A DNA stretch of 64,000 nucleotides from positions 43,772,001-43,836,000 of the forward strand of contig NC_042998.1 of the NCBI RefSeq assembly GCF_006345805.1. The letters are read 5' to 3'. The translations under genes were made by a program, and so were the position numbers. Source of the stretch: Octopus sinensis. Taxonomy: Eukaryota. Within the stretch, counting starts at the first letter, position 1; each line of letters opens with the position of its first letter. Positions 1-14,819 of this stretch are shown in pieces. The notes under the pieces were generated by a model. It was not told where the DNA came from. It made no database searches and saw nothing but the letters and a program-made list of their open reading frames with translations.

Positions 1-170
1 CTATCTATCTATCTATGTATCTATCTACCTATCTATCTATCTATCCATCTATCTATCTATTTATCTATCTATCTATATATCTATCTATTTATGTATCTAT
101 CTAAGTATCTGTCTCTCTGCATACATTTTACATATACATCTATCTATCAATAGTGTGTGTGTGTGTGTGA
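1..170. repeat. (TCTA)n and (TG)n microsatellites
   Basis: Direct reading of tandem tetra- and dinucleotide units. Confidence 0.95.
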
Positions 171-1496
171 TTCATTTAGTTTACCGTCTATTCAGAAAGA
201 AGAACATTTGGATTTGTAATGAGTGTAATACACTTCCATATGTCTACTTTGTAGAGCAGATTACACCGCAACGAAAAAAAAAAGTCCCAAAACCAATAAC
301 TATCTCATCTATATGTTGGAATAATATTTGATTTATTTGCATTGGAAATATAAACTGCAGGAAAAAAAGAAGAAACCGCTCTTAATTTCCACCTTCTGAA
401 AATAATTTTATTAAACATTCCATTTCACTTGTATAATTCAAGCTGAATATATTGCTGGTCCCATTGATTTTTTTCCTTGATAGAACGCGGCTTCATCCTC
501 AAATTTTAGTGGTGGTCTCTTTACGATGCATAATTCTACTTGTATCTTCAAGTCTTATTCCTTAGATCAAATACAGTTTTTAGATGAATCTCCCTGAGAC
601 AACTTGGAAAAATTCCAATTAATAGTACAAGAAATAAAACGTATTATTGTCATAATCTGACAATGATTGAAAGAAATATATATCAATGCGTTTCTAGCAA
701 TCGATTCTATCATATTTGCTAAGGACAATCCCGGTAGATTTAATGTATGAACATCTCTTCATGTACTACTTCTTTCATACTGTTAGCAGGGAAATTAGGT
801 CTTGGATGCATGTTAGAATGCATCGTTTGTAAATCTGGCAGTTTGGTTACGTGAAACTAAAAATGTATCAATTTTATAAGCTGAAAAATAAAATGACTGT
901 GACTCTGCAAATATCCCACTCAACATACACCTACTGCGTGTAAATATATATGCATACATACACACACACATATACATACATACATACATACATACATACA
1001 TACATACATACATACATACATACATACATACATACATACGGATAGAGAGAGACATATAAGAAGGCTGACCACTAAGAAAAGATTGTTCTCAAGAAATTTA
1101 AGTTTAAATACAGATAACTTTCTTTATTGGCCACACGAGGCTGAACACAGAAGGGACAAATACAAATGTAGAACTTTTCTTTTCGAAGATGGAAAAAGAA
1201 AAAGGAAAAAAGGAAACAAATGTAAAATTCCGATCAAAAGGGATCGGAAAAAAAAGGCAATCAAAAGGGATCGTGTATCACCGGAAGAAATTTTTTTTTT
1301 AAGTAAGAAATAAGATTAGGTTCATCCGTGGAAAGAAAAACCTACAGAAAAGACCACGATAACCTCAGGCAGGGAGGAAATAAACACATGAGAGCAAGGT
1401 GCTCTCTCTCTCTCTCTCTTTTTTACGATTTACAGGATCATGCTCAAAGTGGTTTCGTTACTCGCACGCACCATCTTTGCTACATTCACCCACCTT

Positions 1497-1615
1497 TTTT
1501 TGAAACTTTCACGAGACAAAACCTGCCTCTTCATTCTCACCTTCCTTTACAAGTGGTACTGGAAAAGGAAGGTGAGAATGGTTAGGCAGGTTTTGTCTCT
1601 TGAAAGTTTCAAAAA
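1497..1615. repeat. Near-perfect inverted repeat (52-bp arms, ~15-nt spacer)
   Basis: tttttgaaactttcacgagacaaaacctgcctcttcattctcaccttccttt (1497-1548) matches the reverse complement of 1564-1615 with 4 mismatches. Confidence 0.9.
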
Positions 1616-1639
1616 CGAAAAAAAAGATAGATAGATAGA

Positions 1640-1674
<35 letters not shown>

Positions 1675-4429
1675 AGAAGCACACAAAAATATACATATCT
1701 ACATGCATAAGTACGGGAGTGTGGCTAAGTGCATTTCCTTTGATGAAGCGCAAGCAACGTGCTTTTGCCATTGGTTATTTAATCACTATTAATATTGTCA
1801 TAAAAGATGTGTACTCTCTAAAATTATGAAGTTAATATTCATTGTTGAAAGGTGTAAAACCTTCTTATACTGATTTCAAACTACCACCATATTAGATCAA
1901 TGTAGGGTTTTGGTCAATTAATTCAACGCCAATTTCTTATTCATAGTCAAGCTAGTGCTAGATATTTATTTAATTAATAAATTTTTGATACTTTTGCGAA
2001 TTATTTTAACTAACAAATTTGACTTGGTTATGATATTAATTAAATATCACCGATGGTAAGAATACATTTTCTAAAATGATGAAAGAAATTTGAAGGATTG
2101 CAATGGTCCAAAGGGTTGAACGTTTGTCTCATGCTTGTAGAATATGTGGTTTCGTGTCCCACGGGCAGTTCTCGACTTTATCTGTCCAAAGTTTTCTTCT
2201 TAATCTAATATTTACACTCTATTATTTGTAGCTTTATCTACATGGAGTTTCACCGTTCTAAATAAAATATTGCATTTTAGTTAGCCAATCATGTACTAAA
2301 GATTAATATTGTTGCTGATATTTTTTAGGTTCAGGTTAATGTTAGATAGAGCAGATTTATCATCAAAAACTTTCTAATCTTGACCATTTCATACTTTTAT
2401 ATATCCAGAACAAAATCTTCCAATGTATTCATTTTCCTAAATATAGTAGGATGCAATATAGTACGAACCCGCGTAAGGGTTCGTTCATTGACCCAAGATA
2501 TCAATATTGTTTTATTATTAGGTTTTGAAGTGGTAAAAATTGTAAATTCCTCATCTCATTTAGATTCGATGTTTTCATGCTTTGGATCTATTCCCAAACT
2601 AGCCTGCCTTGTTTTGCGTCCATTGGATACATACATACATACATACATGCATGCATACATACATACATGCATACATATATACATACATACATGCATACAT
2701 ATATACATACATACATACAACATACATATATACATACATACACACACACATACATGCATGCATGCATACACGGGTACATAATACATAAATGCATATATAT
2801 ATATATTTATAAATATATATAAATATGTCTGGCCATCGCCATGATTGACCGCTAGCTACTAAAGCTACGTACATATATTAGATATTGGTGATTTTATTGT
2901 TTAAATAGAATACATCTTTATTTTCTGAGTACAATAAGATAGCTGCTGACGTTTCAAATTCTGATGTGATTTTGATTCTTGTTTGATCCAAGGTCGCTTA
3001 TACCATTTATGCCACCGAGAAAAGCATGAACATCACACATCATTAATTTTCTCTCATATATCGTATAGAATTGTCGTGATTAATCATAATGAAGTCAATA
3101 TGATTGCATGAGTTCAGAAGGTATGCATGAGCGAGCTAGCAAAGAACGGAGTTACATGCTTTATCTGTAACATTCCATCTTTGTCGGTTCTCATTTAAAA
3201 TATTGTCGAGCAGTCTGTTATTCATTCCTTTTGTCTTTATCAAAACAGATACCAGTAAGAAACAACTGGGAAGAAGATGATGGCTATTTGCTAAGTCAAT
3301 GTAAATCAAACACTATATCGTACAAATCATTTAATAATTAAGCTTTTGATGTTGCAAGTGTGCGTCGATTTTTTTCCCGCAAGTCTCTGTAAAGCATGAA
3401 TAATAGATACATCACAGAAGAAAATTGTGTTTAACTCAATTTCATTCTTCGGATGCCTAGCTTATGTTTGTTGTTGTTGTTATTGTTACTTAGCTTCAGG
3501 TGAGCTGTAAGTGAGTGCCTTTATTTATATCAAACAATTCCATTTTGTCATATTTTCAGAGATTATATCGAGGGACTTATACTATCGGGCGTGACCTTAC
3601 TTTTTCTAAAGTGATGAGATCTGATTCCAGGGAGATTTCACTGATATTTTTACAAAACCAAGCTACCATGGAGTGATATATTCATTGCATCGATTTTCAT
3701 TGGATAACTCTTAAAAAGAAAACACCCGTGGTACATGTAGTTTCCAGAGTTATTATTATTTATTTGTCCTATATCACTGATTAAGAAAAGTTATTAGGTT
3801 ACTAGAACTCACCATTAACTGATAACATTTTAAATATATTTCTAAATTTATCACTAATGCAAACGAATCAGTGTCCCCTGCTGCGAGCACCATAAAGCAA
3901 GACTACATCTCCTAATGATTGGAAAGGATCCATTTCCTTTTCATAAAAAAACCCAAATCCGTTCATTTTTTGAGGCTTTGTCAGAGGCGGAAGATTACAG
4001 CGCACAATATCTTTCAAGAACTCTGTCTAGTTAAATAAAGGAAGAAATATATGATCAGCCCGAAAAAGTAACTTCAATGTTACAAGATTCAACTTCTTAA
4101 AATGTATGCAAGGAACCAAGTGGTGTTACTTAACGTTCTGATCGATTATGGTCTGTCACATAAATTTATGTACAACCCAAAGAAACTTTCATCTAGTTGC
4201 TTGCCTAACCAACTCATTTCATTGAAAACAGCTTGGCTGACCTCGAGGCAAAGGTTGTGGATACGTTTTTAATGTGTCGAGCAGTGGACCTAGCCTAGAA
4301 CCATGTAATTGCGGAACTAGTTTTTCACCCGCACAGAGCACTATGATGTCTTGCTCTTGGGTAATTCATGAATATTCTACAATATCATCTTCCTTGTGTG
4401 AAAGAAGGGTTTTATTAGAGACTTATATA

Positions 4430-4868
4430 AGGCAGCGAGGTAGCAAAATTTTAGCACGCTGGCTTAAATGATTATTAGCGGCATTTTACCTGTCTTTACT
4501 TTCAAATTCTCTCAAGGTCGACTTTGCCATTCATTCTTTAAGGGTCGATAAAATAAGTACTACTCGAGTATTGGAGCCAGTTTAATGGACTATTTCTCCT
4601 CCCACAAAATTTCAGGTCCTGTGCCTATTGTAGAAAGACTTAGGGATATATATGAAGGCGGCGAGTTTCTAGAATCGTCAGCACACCGGATAAAACGAGT
4701 AGCAAGATTTCACTCGTCTTTGCGTTCTCGATTCAAGTTCTGCTGAAGTCGACTTACCTTTCATTCTTTGGGGGTCGATGAAGTAAGTACTAGCCGAGCA
4801 CTGAGTCAATACAATGGACCATTTCCCTTCCCTCGAAATTTCTGGTCTTGTGCCTATAGTACAAAGAT
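4430..4868 (+). mobile_element. Two tandem diverged copies of SINE family B (tRNA-derived)
   Basis: aggc(g)gcgag...ggtcgactt...tcattct...gggtcgat...aataagtac motifs shared with the copies at 37.2, 38.4, 47.3 and 58.1 kb. Confidence 0.7.
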
Positions 4869-4879
4869 TACTTTTTTAC

Positions 4880-5098
4880 ACTTTTGCTCTTTTACTCTTT
4901 TACTTGTTTCAGTCCTTTGACTGCGGCCATGCTGGAGCACCGCCTTTAGTCGAGCAAATTGACCCCAGGACTTATTCTTTGGAAGCCTTGTACTTATTCT
5001 ACCGATCTCTTTTGCCGAAGCGCTATGTAACGGGGACATAAACACACCAGCATCAGTTGTCAAGCAATGCTAGGGGACAAACACAGACACACAAACAA

Positions 5099-5161
<63 letters not shown>

Positions 5162-5327
5162 ATATATAAATACATATATACGACGGGCTTCTTTCAGTTT
5201 CAGTCTACCAAATCCACTCACAAGGCCTTGGTCGGCCGGAGGCGATAGTAGAAGACGGAGTGGCAATGAACCCGGAACCATGTGGTTGGTAAGCCAGCTT
5301 CTTACCACTCAGCCACCCCTGCGCCTA
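4880..5327 (-). mobile_element. SINE family A (tRNA-derived head, internal microsatellite)
   Basis: Near-identical to 6883-7340, 29941-30348 and 32003-32411. The reverse-strand head taggcgcagg..tggctgagtggtaag...ggttccgggttca has A/B-box-like motifs, and the tail is (gagtaaaa)n. Confidence 0.9.
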
Positions 5328-5351
5328 TAAGATTATTAGGAATTTATATGA

Positions 5352-5560
5352 AGACGGTGAACTGGCAGAGCCGTTAGCACGCCGGACAAAATGCCTTGTG
5401 GCAGTTCATCCGGATTTACGTACAAGAGCAAATACCGCTGAGTTTGATTTTGCCATTCATCCTTTCGGGGACAATGAAATAAGTACCAGATGAATAGTGG
5501 GGTTGACGTAGCTGATTAGTCCAGTCCCCCAAAATGCAGGCCTTCCGTCTTATAATAGAA
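5352..5560 (+). mobile_element. SINE family B, diverged
   Basis: ggtgaactggcagagccgttagcacgccggacaaaatgc...tcatcctttcgggg...aaataagtacc. Confidence 0.7.
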
Positions 5561-5934
5561 ATATATAGATTTATATTGTTGGGAAATGTTAGTTTATAAC
5601 AATAAATACACCTCTGACATGCAAAAAGAAAAACGTCAAATAAATGAAATGAATTTTCGATTGATAGGACAGCAGTTTAAGTGTAATAGTATGTGTCGAT
5701 CTGATGTCATTTAGAAACTAATTAATCTGTTTGTAATCCCCTGCATGACCTTGTCCCATATGTGAAAACAATACGGTCGAATGCTGATTTAGGTAAGCCA
5801 CTGGCATGTCTTACACTTAAATACAGCACACACACACACACATTCTGACGTAAGTTATATTGTAGACACATATACACACGCACATACACACATACTACAT
5901 TCACATATACACCACTGAAAACAAAGAGCCATAA

Positions 5935-6197
5935 CTGTGTGTATGTATGTATGTACACGTGCATGTGTATATGCATGTATATGTGCATTTATCTATCTAT
6001 CTATCTATCTATCGATCGATCTATCAATCTATCTATCTATATGTCTGTCTGTCAGCCTGCCTGCCTGCCTATCTATTTATCTCTGTCTGCCTATCTGTCT
6101 GTCTGTCCATCTGTCTATCTGTATATCTTTCTATGTATATATGTATGTATGCATGTATGTAAGTATCTATCTATCTATCTATTCATCTATCTATCTA

Positions 6198-6260
<63 letters not shown>

Positions 6261-6275
6261 ATATATATATATGAA
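5935..6275. repeat. Compound (TATG)/(TCTA)/(TCTG) microsatellite
   Basis: Direct reading; source of several spurious ORFs. Confidence 0.95.
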
Positions 6276-6882
6276 GTACATAGAGAAAATACATAAGGGA
6301 AATTACTACACACATACATGCAACATGTATGAATGACTATGTGTATTTGTGTGATTGCATGCGTGTCTGAACACATGTTTCGGCTTTAATTTTCTAATTT
6401 TTACAGTTTCGTAAATGTCAAATCTAATCTGTGATAGACCCATTTCAAAAATCGTAATTAATCAATTATATTAAATTATCAATCAGTTGTGCGATTAGAA
6501 GTTATTAATATCAAATATTTCAATTTAAATAATTAATTCATAAATTCCCTTCATGTACATTATATCCACATATTAAAGTGGCTGCTGTTCGTGTTTATAA
6601 AATATTGCTGGTGTATTTCCCCTCGTTGTGACTAACTGAAACGTGTAAAGACATTGGAAGATGAAATCCATGAGCAGGATGTAATTTCCGCCAAGTGAAA
6701 CTTAATTCGGGTATCACGTGCAATCGAATGAACGTTAGCGCGCACCTGCTAGAAATAGCAGTGAAATCTCCCTCAACTCACAGTTTATTTTATCGAAAGA
6801 GGAAGAACTCATTGAATGTGTACTGTGTCTAAAGAAAAGAAAAAATAACGATTTAGTGACAGAGAGAATATCTCTGGTTCTT

Positions 6883-7085
6883 TATACTCTTTACTCTTTT
6901 ACTTGTTTCAGTCATTTGACTGTGGCCACGCTGGAGCACCGCCTTTAGTCGAGCAAATCGACCCCAGGACTTATTCTTTGTAAGCCTAGTACTTATTCTA
7001 TCGGCCCCTTCTGCCGAACCACTATGTTACGGGGAGGTAAACACACCAGCATTGGTTGTCAAGCGATGTTGGAGGGACAAATATA

Positions 7086-7146
<61 letters not shown>

Positions 7147-7340
7147 ACACACATATATATATATATACATATATACGACGGGCTTCTTTCAGTTTCTGTC
7201 TACCAAATCCACTCACAAGGCTTTGGTCGGCCCGAGGCTATAGTAGAAGACACTTGCCCAAGGTGCTATGAAGTGGGACTGAACCCGGAACCATGTGGTT
7301 GGTAAGCAAGCTGCTTACCACACAGTCACACCTGCGCCTA
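6883..7340 (-). mobile_element. SINE family A, full length
   Basis: Matches the family consensus seen at 4880 and 32003; internal (CA)n. Confidence 0.9.
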
Positions 7341-8558
7341 TGTTAACGATTCCGAAAAAATGAAAGACAAAATTAACCACGGCGGAATTTGAGCTCAGAA
7401 CGTAAAGGGCCGGAAGCAATGCCGCTAAACATTTTATACCGCGCTCAACCATTCTGTTAATGTCCGGTACAAAGACACTTCTGGCGCACTCGCCGGAATG
7501 ACAAGCCAAAGGAAATTATGAACCCTGTCATACAGGGACCTGGAGTAAACTAATCCATCCGTTGCTACTCCTGTGACCCTCATATAAACAAACACAATGA
7601 CAATTCAATTAACAACACTGGTGCCAGTTTTTCCTTTGGCTTTTGATTATTTATAATTCTGATTATATTTCCTGAATAAAACATCAATTGTATTGGGCTT
7701 CTCTTTTTAATTACAGACCTTATCATATTTCAGGCATGATGGGAATTCCTTATCAAAATCGGGTTTACGCATAAAGTAAATAAGTTACAGCGCACAGCCT
7801 TACAGTCTAAAGTAGTCTTTTGAAATCACAAGAGATAGTTTCATTCAGTTGCAATTTTATAACAATTTTTGCACTATTATTAACTGCCCGAACACTTTGA
7901 AATCAAGTTTGCGTTTTATTCTTTAGGAGGTCGATAAAATAAACTACGACTCAAATACTAGGGTCAATATAACCGACTTGCACCCCTCGGCTCAAAATTG
8001 CTGGCTTTGTGCTAAAAATTTGAATGAATGAAGCAGATGACTTGTCAGAATCGTTATCGGACTGGGTAAAATGCTTATCAGCACCTCTTCTGTCTTTTTA
8101 CGTTCTGAGTTCAAATGCTGCTGCGGTTAGATTTTCCGTTCATACTTTTGGGGTCGATCAAATCAGAATCAATCAAGTACTGGTGCCGATGTAATTGATT
8201 TGTTCTCTCTTGCCAAAACTGCTGAATTGAGGTGAACTAGCAGAATCATTAGTTCGCCAGATTAAATCAAGATCAGTACCAATCAAGTACAAGGATCTCG
8301 GTAATCAAATTATTAATTATCCATGTGGAAGTAAGGATCAATACTTTACACTACAGGTTTAACTGTATTAAAATATATAGTTTTGTACTCTTTTTTAACT
8401 ACATCATATCTTCCTTGGGTGGATTTATTGGTCTCATAATATATGTTGATCCTTCAATAAGAAATCAATTTCAGTTATTATATAGAGAATACTATGATAT
8501 TCACTTCACCCTACTTGGAAAACTTGGTAGAAAACTAATTAATGGTTGAAAGGAGGCA

Positions 8559-8732
<174 letters not shown>

Positions 8733-8754
8733 GAATAGTTGCAATTTACAGAAA

Positions 8755-9400
8755 AACAAAAGACGAAGACAGGTGTATTAGTTTAACGCTCGGGAAGGTG
8801 AGAAGGTCGATAACGTTTCGAGCATATGCTCTCCAACAGAGAAGAAGGCGATGGAATAAACAGAGACAGAATACGAAAAAAAAGCTTTTAGAGCTAGCGG
8901 TCAATCATGGCGGCTGGATGGACACAGGTAGTTAGACAGGAGAGCTAGGAAGAAGAGGAGATAATAAAGTATTGATGATCACAAAACGAAGGTGCGCGTG
9001 CGTCTGTGTGCGTCTGTGTGCGCGTGTGGATGGGTGGGGGGCAATTTGACATGTGGATGTGTGTGTGTAAGTGTGTGTGTCTGTAATATGTGGTTGTGTG
9101 GATGATGGTGTGGTTGCTGGAAAGTGGTCAGTGCTAGTGTGCGGGGATGGGATGTGTGGGGGTGGGATGAGGAAGTGGTTGTCAGGGCAAGAGACAGGTG
9201 GGTAGGAATGAAGAGAGGAAGTAGGTGTGAGATGAAGAGACGAGAGGAGGGAGTCAGATTTAAAGGGGAAGGGGTGTTGTGACCTTGTGGCGCAAAGGAG
9301 CGAAGAGAGAAAATTCCTGTTCACGGCAAAGGCAGGAGTCCGGATGGCCCCTGTGCAAAGACAATCCATATGCATATATATATTCAGTTGAATTAGATGC
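8755..9400 (-). mobile_element. Penelope-like element 3' remnant (GIY-YIG endonuclease C-terminus, 3' UTR, degenerate HHR)
   Basis: The minus strand at 9250-9370 reads AYGLSLHRGHPDS..REQE(fs)FSLRSFAPQGHN, matching the PLE endonuclease end RE..LI..L.T..P.GLN. Downstream at 8811-8840 is CTGTTGG-A-GAGC-ATAT-GCTC-GAAA-CGTT, an HHR-like core. Confidence 0.7.
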
Positions 9401-9491
9401 TTAAGCTGAGACACCAAGTCTGTCCAGTATTATCTACACAGCTCGAAGTTAGGTGGATAAAAAGCAAATATGTAACAAGGATGTCTAGGTA

Positions 9492-9626
9492 TCAATGCAT
9501 TACGGCCATTGCCGTTTCAAGCGGCTCCATTTAATCGATCAATGCAAACATTCCATCAATTTCAAATTGATCTGATATTTGCATCGATCGATTAAATGGA
9601 GCCTTGAAACGGCCGTAATGGACTGA
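9492..9626. mobile_element. MITE-like palindrome with TA target-site duplication
   Basis: About 55-bp imperfect terminal inverted repeats (tcaatgcattacggcc..ccatttaatcgatc / gatcgattaaatgg..ggccgtaatggactga), flanked by TA at 9490-9491 and 9627-9628. Confidence 0.65.
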
Positions 9627-9932
9627 TAGCTGGACATCCTTGTTACTTATTTGCTTTATATATATGTACATATATATATATATTTATATATATATACTCA
9701 AAATAAGTAACAAGAATATCTTCTTACCGAAGAAGATATTGCTTATTTTGATTATGATCACCCCACGGATTTATATGGATAACACCATACTAAATTCTGA
9801 TACATCTGACTTAAGTACCATATTCATTTGAATCTAAATTTTGCTGAACATATGTATATATATATATATATGTACACACACACATATATGTATACACACA
9901 GTCACACACACACAACACACACACACACACAT

Positions 9933-9977
<45 letters not shown>

Positions 9978-9978
9978 T

Positions 9979-10009
<31 letters not shown>

Positions 10010-11950
10010 TTGAAGGATATATAGGTATATGAATTAATAGAAATGGGCTTCTGCATTGTTTCTGTTTATCAAATTCCGCTTTTTACATATTGATTAGCCC
10101 GAGATAATAGCAGAAGCCACTCACCTAAGATATCACACACTGTGGGGAGACCTGGAAACATTTGTTTCTACAACAAACCACTTAACCACACAGCCATATA
10201 ATTACATATAGAATGAAGTATTAGCAGCCGTTTTTATGAGAACAACGTGTCCTGTTTAACAACAGAAAGGCTTTGATGTTCTTGGTGTTCCAGGCTATTG
10301 CAATGCTACTTATCTAACACCGAATATATGTTGGAGGTTCGATCGACATTTTCATCTAGTGTTTCATTTCTTTCGCCTAAGATACCAATGGAAACAGAAC
10401 CTACCAATTGAAGTAATTTTCTCAAATAGCAATTGCTTGGAAATATTCCAATATATAGGAATATTTATACGAACAGTAAGATTACTACTTTCCGTTGAAA
10501 CGCTTGTTTATTGTGCTATGTCTTCACAGATATCCATATATTTGTGAAAATCAATGGAAGCTATATCTTCTTCGGTTGATTTTTGTTTTTCGTTTACATC
10601 TGTATTTTTTTTTGTTATACTTTCGTCGGGGCTACATGCACACGTGATTTTGTTCGATGAAAACTACGTTTAATAATGACTGGAGAAACTTTAAATAATT
10701 AATACCACGTTAGTTAGATTGACTTATATGTCAGGCTTTTCTGGTTGGGCAAGGAGGTATGCTAACCGAGAGTACGTGTGTTCTAAAGTTAAAAATAGTC
10801 ATTATCGATAGCATTATTCAGTTATCGAACCAACAAGAGAGAACGAGGGTGGAGAAAGCGAGAGAGAGAAAGAAGAGAAGGAGGAGAGAGGAAGAGAGAG
10901 AGGGGGAGAAAGAAAGAAAGAGCGAGAGAGAGAGAGAGAGAGAGAGAGACAGCCTGTACGTGATCGTTCGACCTTCGAGAAATAAAAAAAAAGTAAAAGC
11001 AGATCTCACTCAAATCAAACTTAGCCATCTTAATATAGCAAGGGCAAAGTGGACAATGCAAATACATAAGTCTGTAATATACAAGAACTATAGATGGTCA
11101 TTGTTGAACTACTGACCTCTGTGCTAAACAACAACAACAACAGCAACAACAACAACGATCACAACACCAACAATTTCATTCTATCATATTGAAAAGTTTC
11201 TTCTTAAAATATAATCATATTCATTAGCGCAACTAGGATATCGACCCAGGTTGTTCTCAATTATTAAAATTGATCGACCATTAGCCGTCTAATTTGCGAA
11301 AAGCACAAAATTAAAATAAAAGTTAGATAATAATTATATTTGCATGGAGTTCTCCGTCTGAAGCTTCCCCCGTCCTCCCCTGTAGCTGCTGAGGTGATAT
11401 TCATGTTCTTTTTCTCTTCCCTTTGTCGTTCATTATTAGCCTGTCTGTTTAATCATTCTCTTACCACTCTCTTTTTCTCTTTCATTGTTTGTCGCTTTCT
11501 ATCTTTCATCACCCTCCTGTCCATTTCTCTCTCTCCCTCTTTATATATAGCATATATGCAGACACATGCATACAAACATACATGAACTTTCTTTAGTTAA
11601 CAATAAAAAGAAACTCGTTATTTTTGTCATCGCATATCTAAAAATACAAACAGGCGAACGACCGACAACTATATTCAATAACATTCGATCTATACGTTTA
11701 AAACAAGCAAAATCATATTCAACGTTTTTCAGAACTCATCCCGTTTACAAATAACAAAACTGTTTCGTTTATGAAATTGATTGCATTTATTACATTGTTT
11801 CTTTTATTACATCGACAACACATGAAAGTAATCGTCGTATTATATGAAATTTTAGCTTTAAAACAATGTTCATAACTTACTCTACAACTTTGTATTGAGT
11901 TCTTCCGACTCTTTTTTTATATAATGTATATGGATAAGACATTTCTTACC

Positions 11951-11990
<40 letters not shown>

Positions 11991-12059
11991 GTACACACAC
12001 ACATATCTATATTATACGTGCGTGTAGGTATGTGTGCGTGTGTAATGCACATCATACAT

Positions 12060-12112
12060 ACATACATATATACATATCTATATCTATATATATATATATA
12101 TAATCTATCTGC

Positions 12113-12188
<76 letters not shown>

Positions 12189-12197
12189 GCCTATCTA

Positions 12198-12246
<49 letters not shown>

Positions 12247-12275
12247 GCCTATCTATATCTATCTATCTATCTATC

Positions 12276-12328
<53 letters not shown>

Positions 12329-12345
12329 ATATATATATATATATA

Positions 12346-12399
<54 letters not shown>

Positions 12400-12400
12400 A
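12060..12400. repeat. (TCTA)n/(TA)n microsatellite
   Basis: Direct reading. Confidence 0.95.
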
Positions 12401-13836
12401 CTAGCGGAAGACAGGAGGCTGAATTAGATGCTAGAAGTGCATGTGCTGACACAGTACTACTCCAACTCTGTCATTAGCTTCTCAGAAGAACAAACGTTGG
12501 TAAACAAACCAAACTCGCTGTCTTCGATTCAATTTTTATGCCCCTCTTTACCAGGCTTCTAAACTACACCAATTTTGTTTACTGCACGAACCATATTTGC
12601 TTCATAACATGTCAACTATGTGGTATTTTTTGCACGGAGAATCCGATCAGATCTTGATAGACTTTTATAGAGCATCTCCTACGTGTAGTATATAAATTTT
12701 GCTTAACGCGCCCAGCAGCGCCTCAACGTCTGTTGTATAATTTTATGCCCTGAAGCAACGTCTCCTGTATATTCTAGGAAGAACTGAAATTCGTTTATAA
12801 TCATTTCACTGAAACAGTATGACGAACTTCTTGATATTCTTTTGCGATAGTAGTTTCTACACACTCAAATACTTACCCCTGTGCTTTTCACTCTTCCCCG
12901 TTTGTCTCTTACACACACACACACTCACACTCGATTTGGTATCATTCGTCCTCTCTTATAAACTCTATAAATCCACTATCGCATATACATGGTATGATGT
13001 TCTATTCGCAATCACAGGGAAACACACCTATACCGACACATTCACACACAACACGCTGTCAACACACACTTACCTATATGGATATACACACTACAAAACA
13101 CGCGTACACTGAAGTTTAGTTTTCGCCTATGTCTATATTTTCGATAACCCTTCGTTGCTGTAAAATACGATTGCGTTGTACGACTTCAACCCATTCTCCA
13201 ACATGCTTTGTTCATAGTATAGCCTTTGCTAGATTTTCATTCTTCTCTACCTTTTACTCTCTATCTTTTGATGAAAGAAATCAGTCCAAAAAGTTAAATG
13301 TTCTCCATTTCTTTACTGCTGCGTAAAATTTATTATCAAGCCCCTATTTTTTGTTACTCATGGATATCATTACCTGGCTAAAGCAAATCTCACAGTCAGA
13401 TAACACATGCATGGAAGTAATATAAAGACATACGCACTCTCCGCATGTATGCGTGTATATACGTTTGCGTTTATGTGCATCTAATTGTGTGTATATGTGA
13501 TCGCGCCGGTATAGGCATTGAGAGAGGGGAGGTGGTGTAACTACAACAGAAACTTGTTAGACTATTTTCCGAATTTCATGACAGACAGGAATTTAGCCTT
13601 AACTGTGACATGAGAAGTAAAGCAGAACATTCGTGTAATTATTGGCTTGCTGCATTTAGATGACAATTACAATGCGAACTATTATAAAGAAAAATAGAAA
13701 ATATAACAAGTTTCGTATAACAATATGTTTAGTAACATACTTTATTCCGATCATAGTCTTTGCACGGTTTTTGTTTCTGGTCTCAAGCCCAATAAACCGA
13801 TATTGAGACGGGCGCTCTAAATCGACCAATAACAGA

Positions 13837-13876
<40 letters not shown>

Positions 13877-13878
13877 GA

Positions 13879-13922
<44 letters not shown>

Positions 13923-13924
13923 GA

Positions 13925-13986
<62 letters not shown>

Positions 13987-14819
13987 TGCACACATATCTC
14001 TGTGTGTGTGTGTGTGCATGCGTGCGTGCATGTGTATGTGGAATGGGAAAAGTAATATGTGTCTGCAAAATCGATTATTCCAATCAAACAAATACCATTG
14101 TGTTTGATCTGATTTGCTTTATTTATATACATAACACGCACACACATGTGGCCACGAGCGCATAGCTTACCTATTTAGACGTGTGGGTGGCTGTCTGGCT
14201 GCATATGTACTCACACACACACATATACACACATAAATACACAACACACTCATATATACACGCGCGCAAACACACATACACACATACACAGATATATGTC
14301 GATTCTTCTTCTTCTTCTGCTTCTAGCTCTTACGATAATTATCATTACGATAATTATCATTTTTATTGAAGTGAAACTGCGGAAAAAATATTCCGTTAAC
14401 CAGCGTATATCGAATTCATCACCAGTGCCTTTTACAATGAGCTACCAAATATGTTTACAATGGAATTAAATTATTTTAAAATCCTTCAACACAAGCATAT
14501 ATATATAACAAAGGTACCGCACGAGTAAAATTATATATGAAAGAAGGTTTGAAAATACAGTTTTAAAAGTTGTTTATTTACTAGACCGGTTTCACTTTTT
14601 TAGGAAAAGATTGTCAAAAGTAACATGTAAAAGCTTTGTTGTGTTAGGAACTGGTTGTCACACAATATTACAATACGTATATAAATTCTTTGATAATAAT
14701 AAGAACATGTTAAAAACAGTTTACAAGGAAAATTCTTGGGAAAATATAAAAAAGTTCATAAAAAAATTGTGCACAAAAAGTTGCAATGCTTATACATAGA
14801 TATATATGGCGGTTGTCTA

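Noticed and set aside
3601-3710. Minus-strand exon (MVAWFCKNISEISLESDLITLEK, GTAAGG donor)
   Set aside because: All frames from the good acceptor contain stops, and there is no supporting neighbouring exon.
10596-10680. Minus-strand terminal exon IIKRSFHRTKSRVHVAPTKV*
   Set aside because: The acceptor is plausible, but the segment is too short and unsupported to call.
14575-14625. Minus-strand HHR 3' half GAAA-CCGG-TC
   Set aside because: The 5' core is unrecognisable (TTTGACA), so it is too decayed to call.
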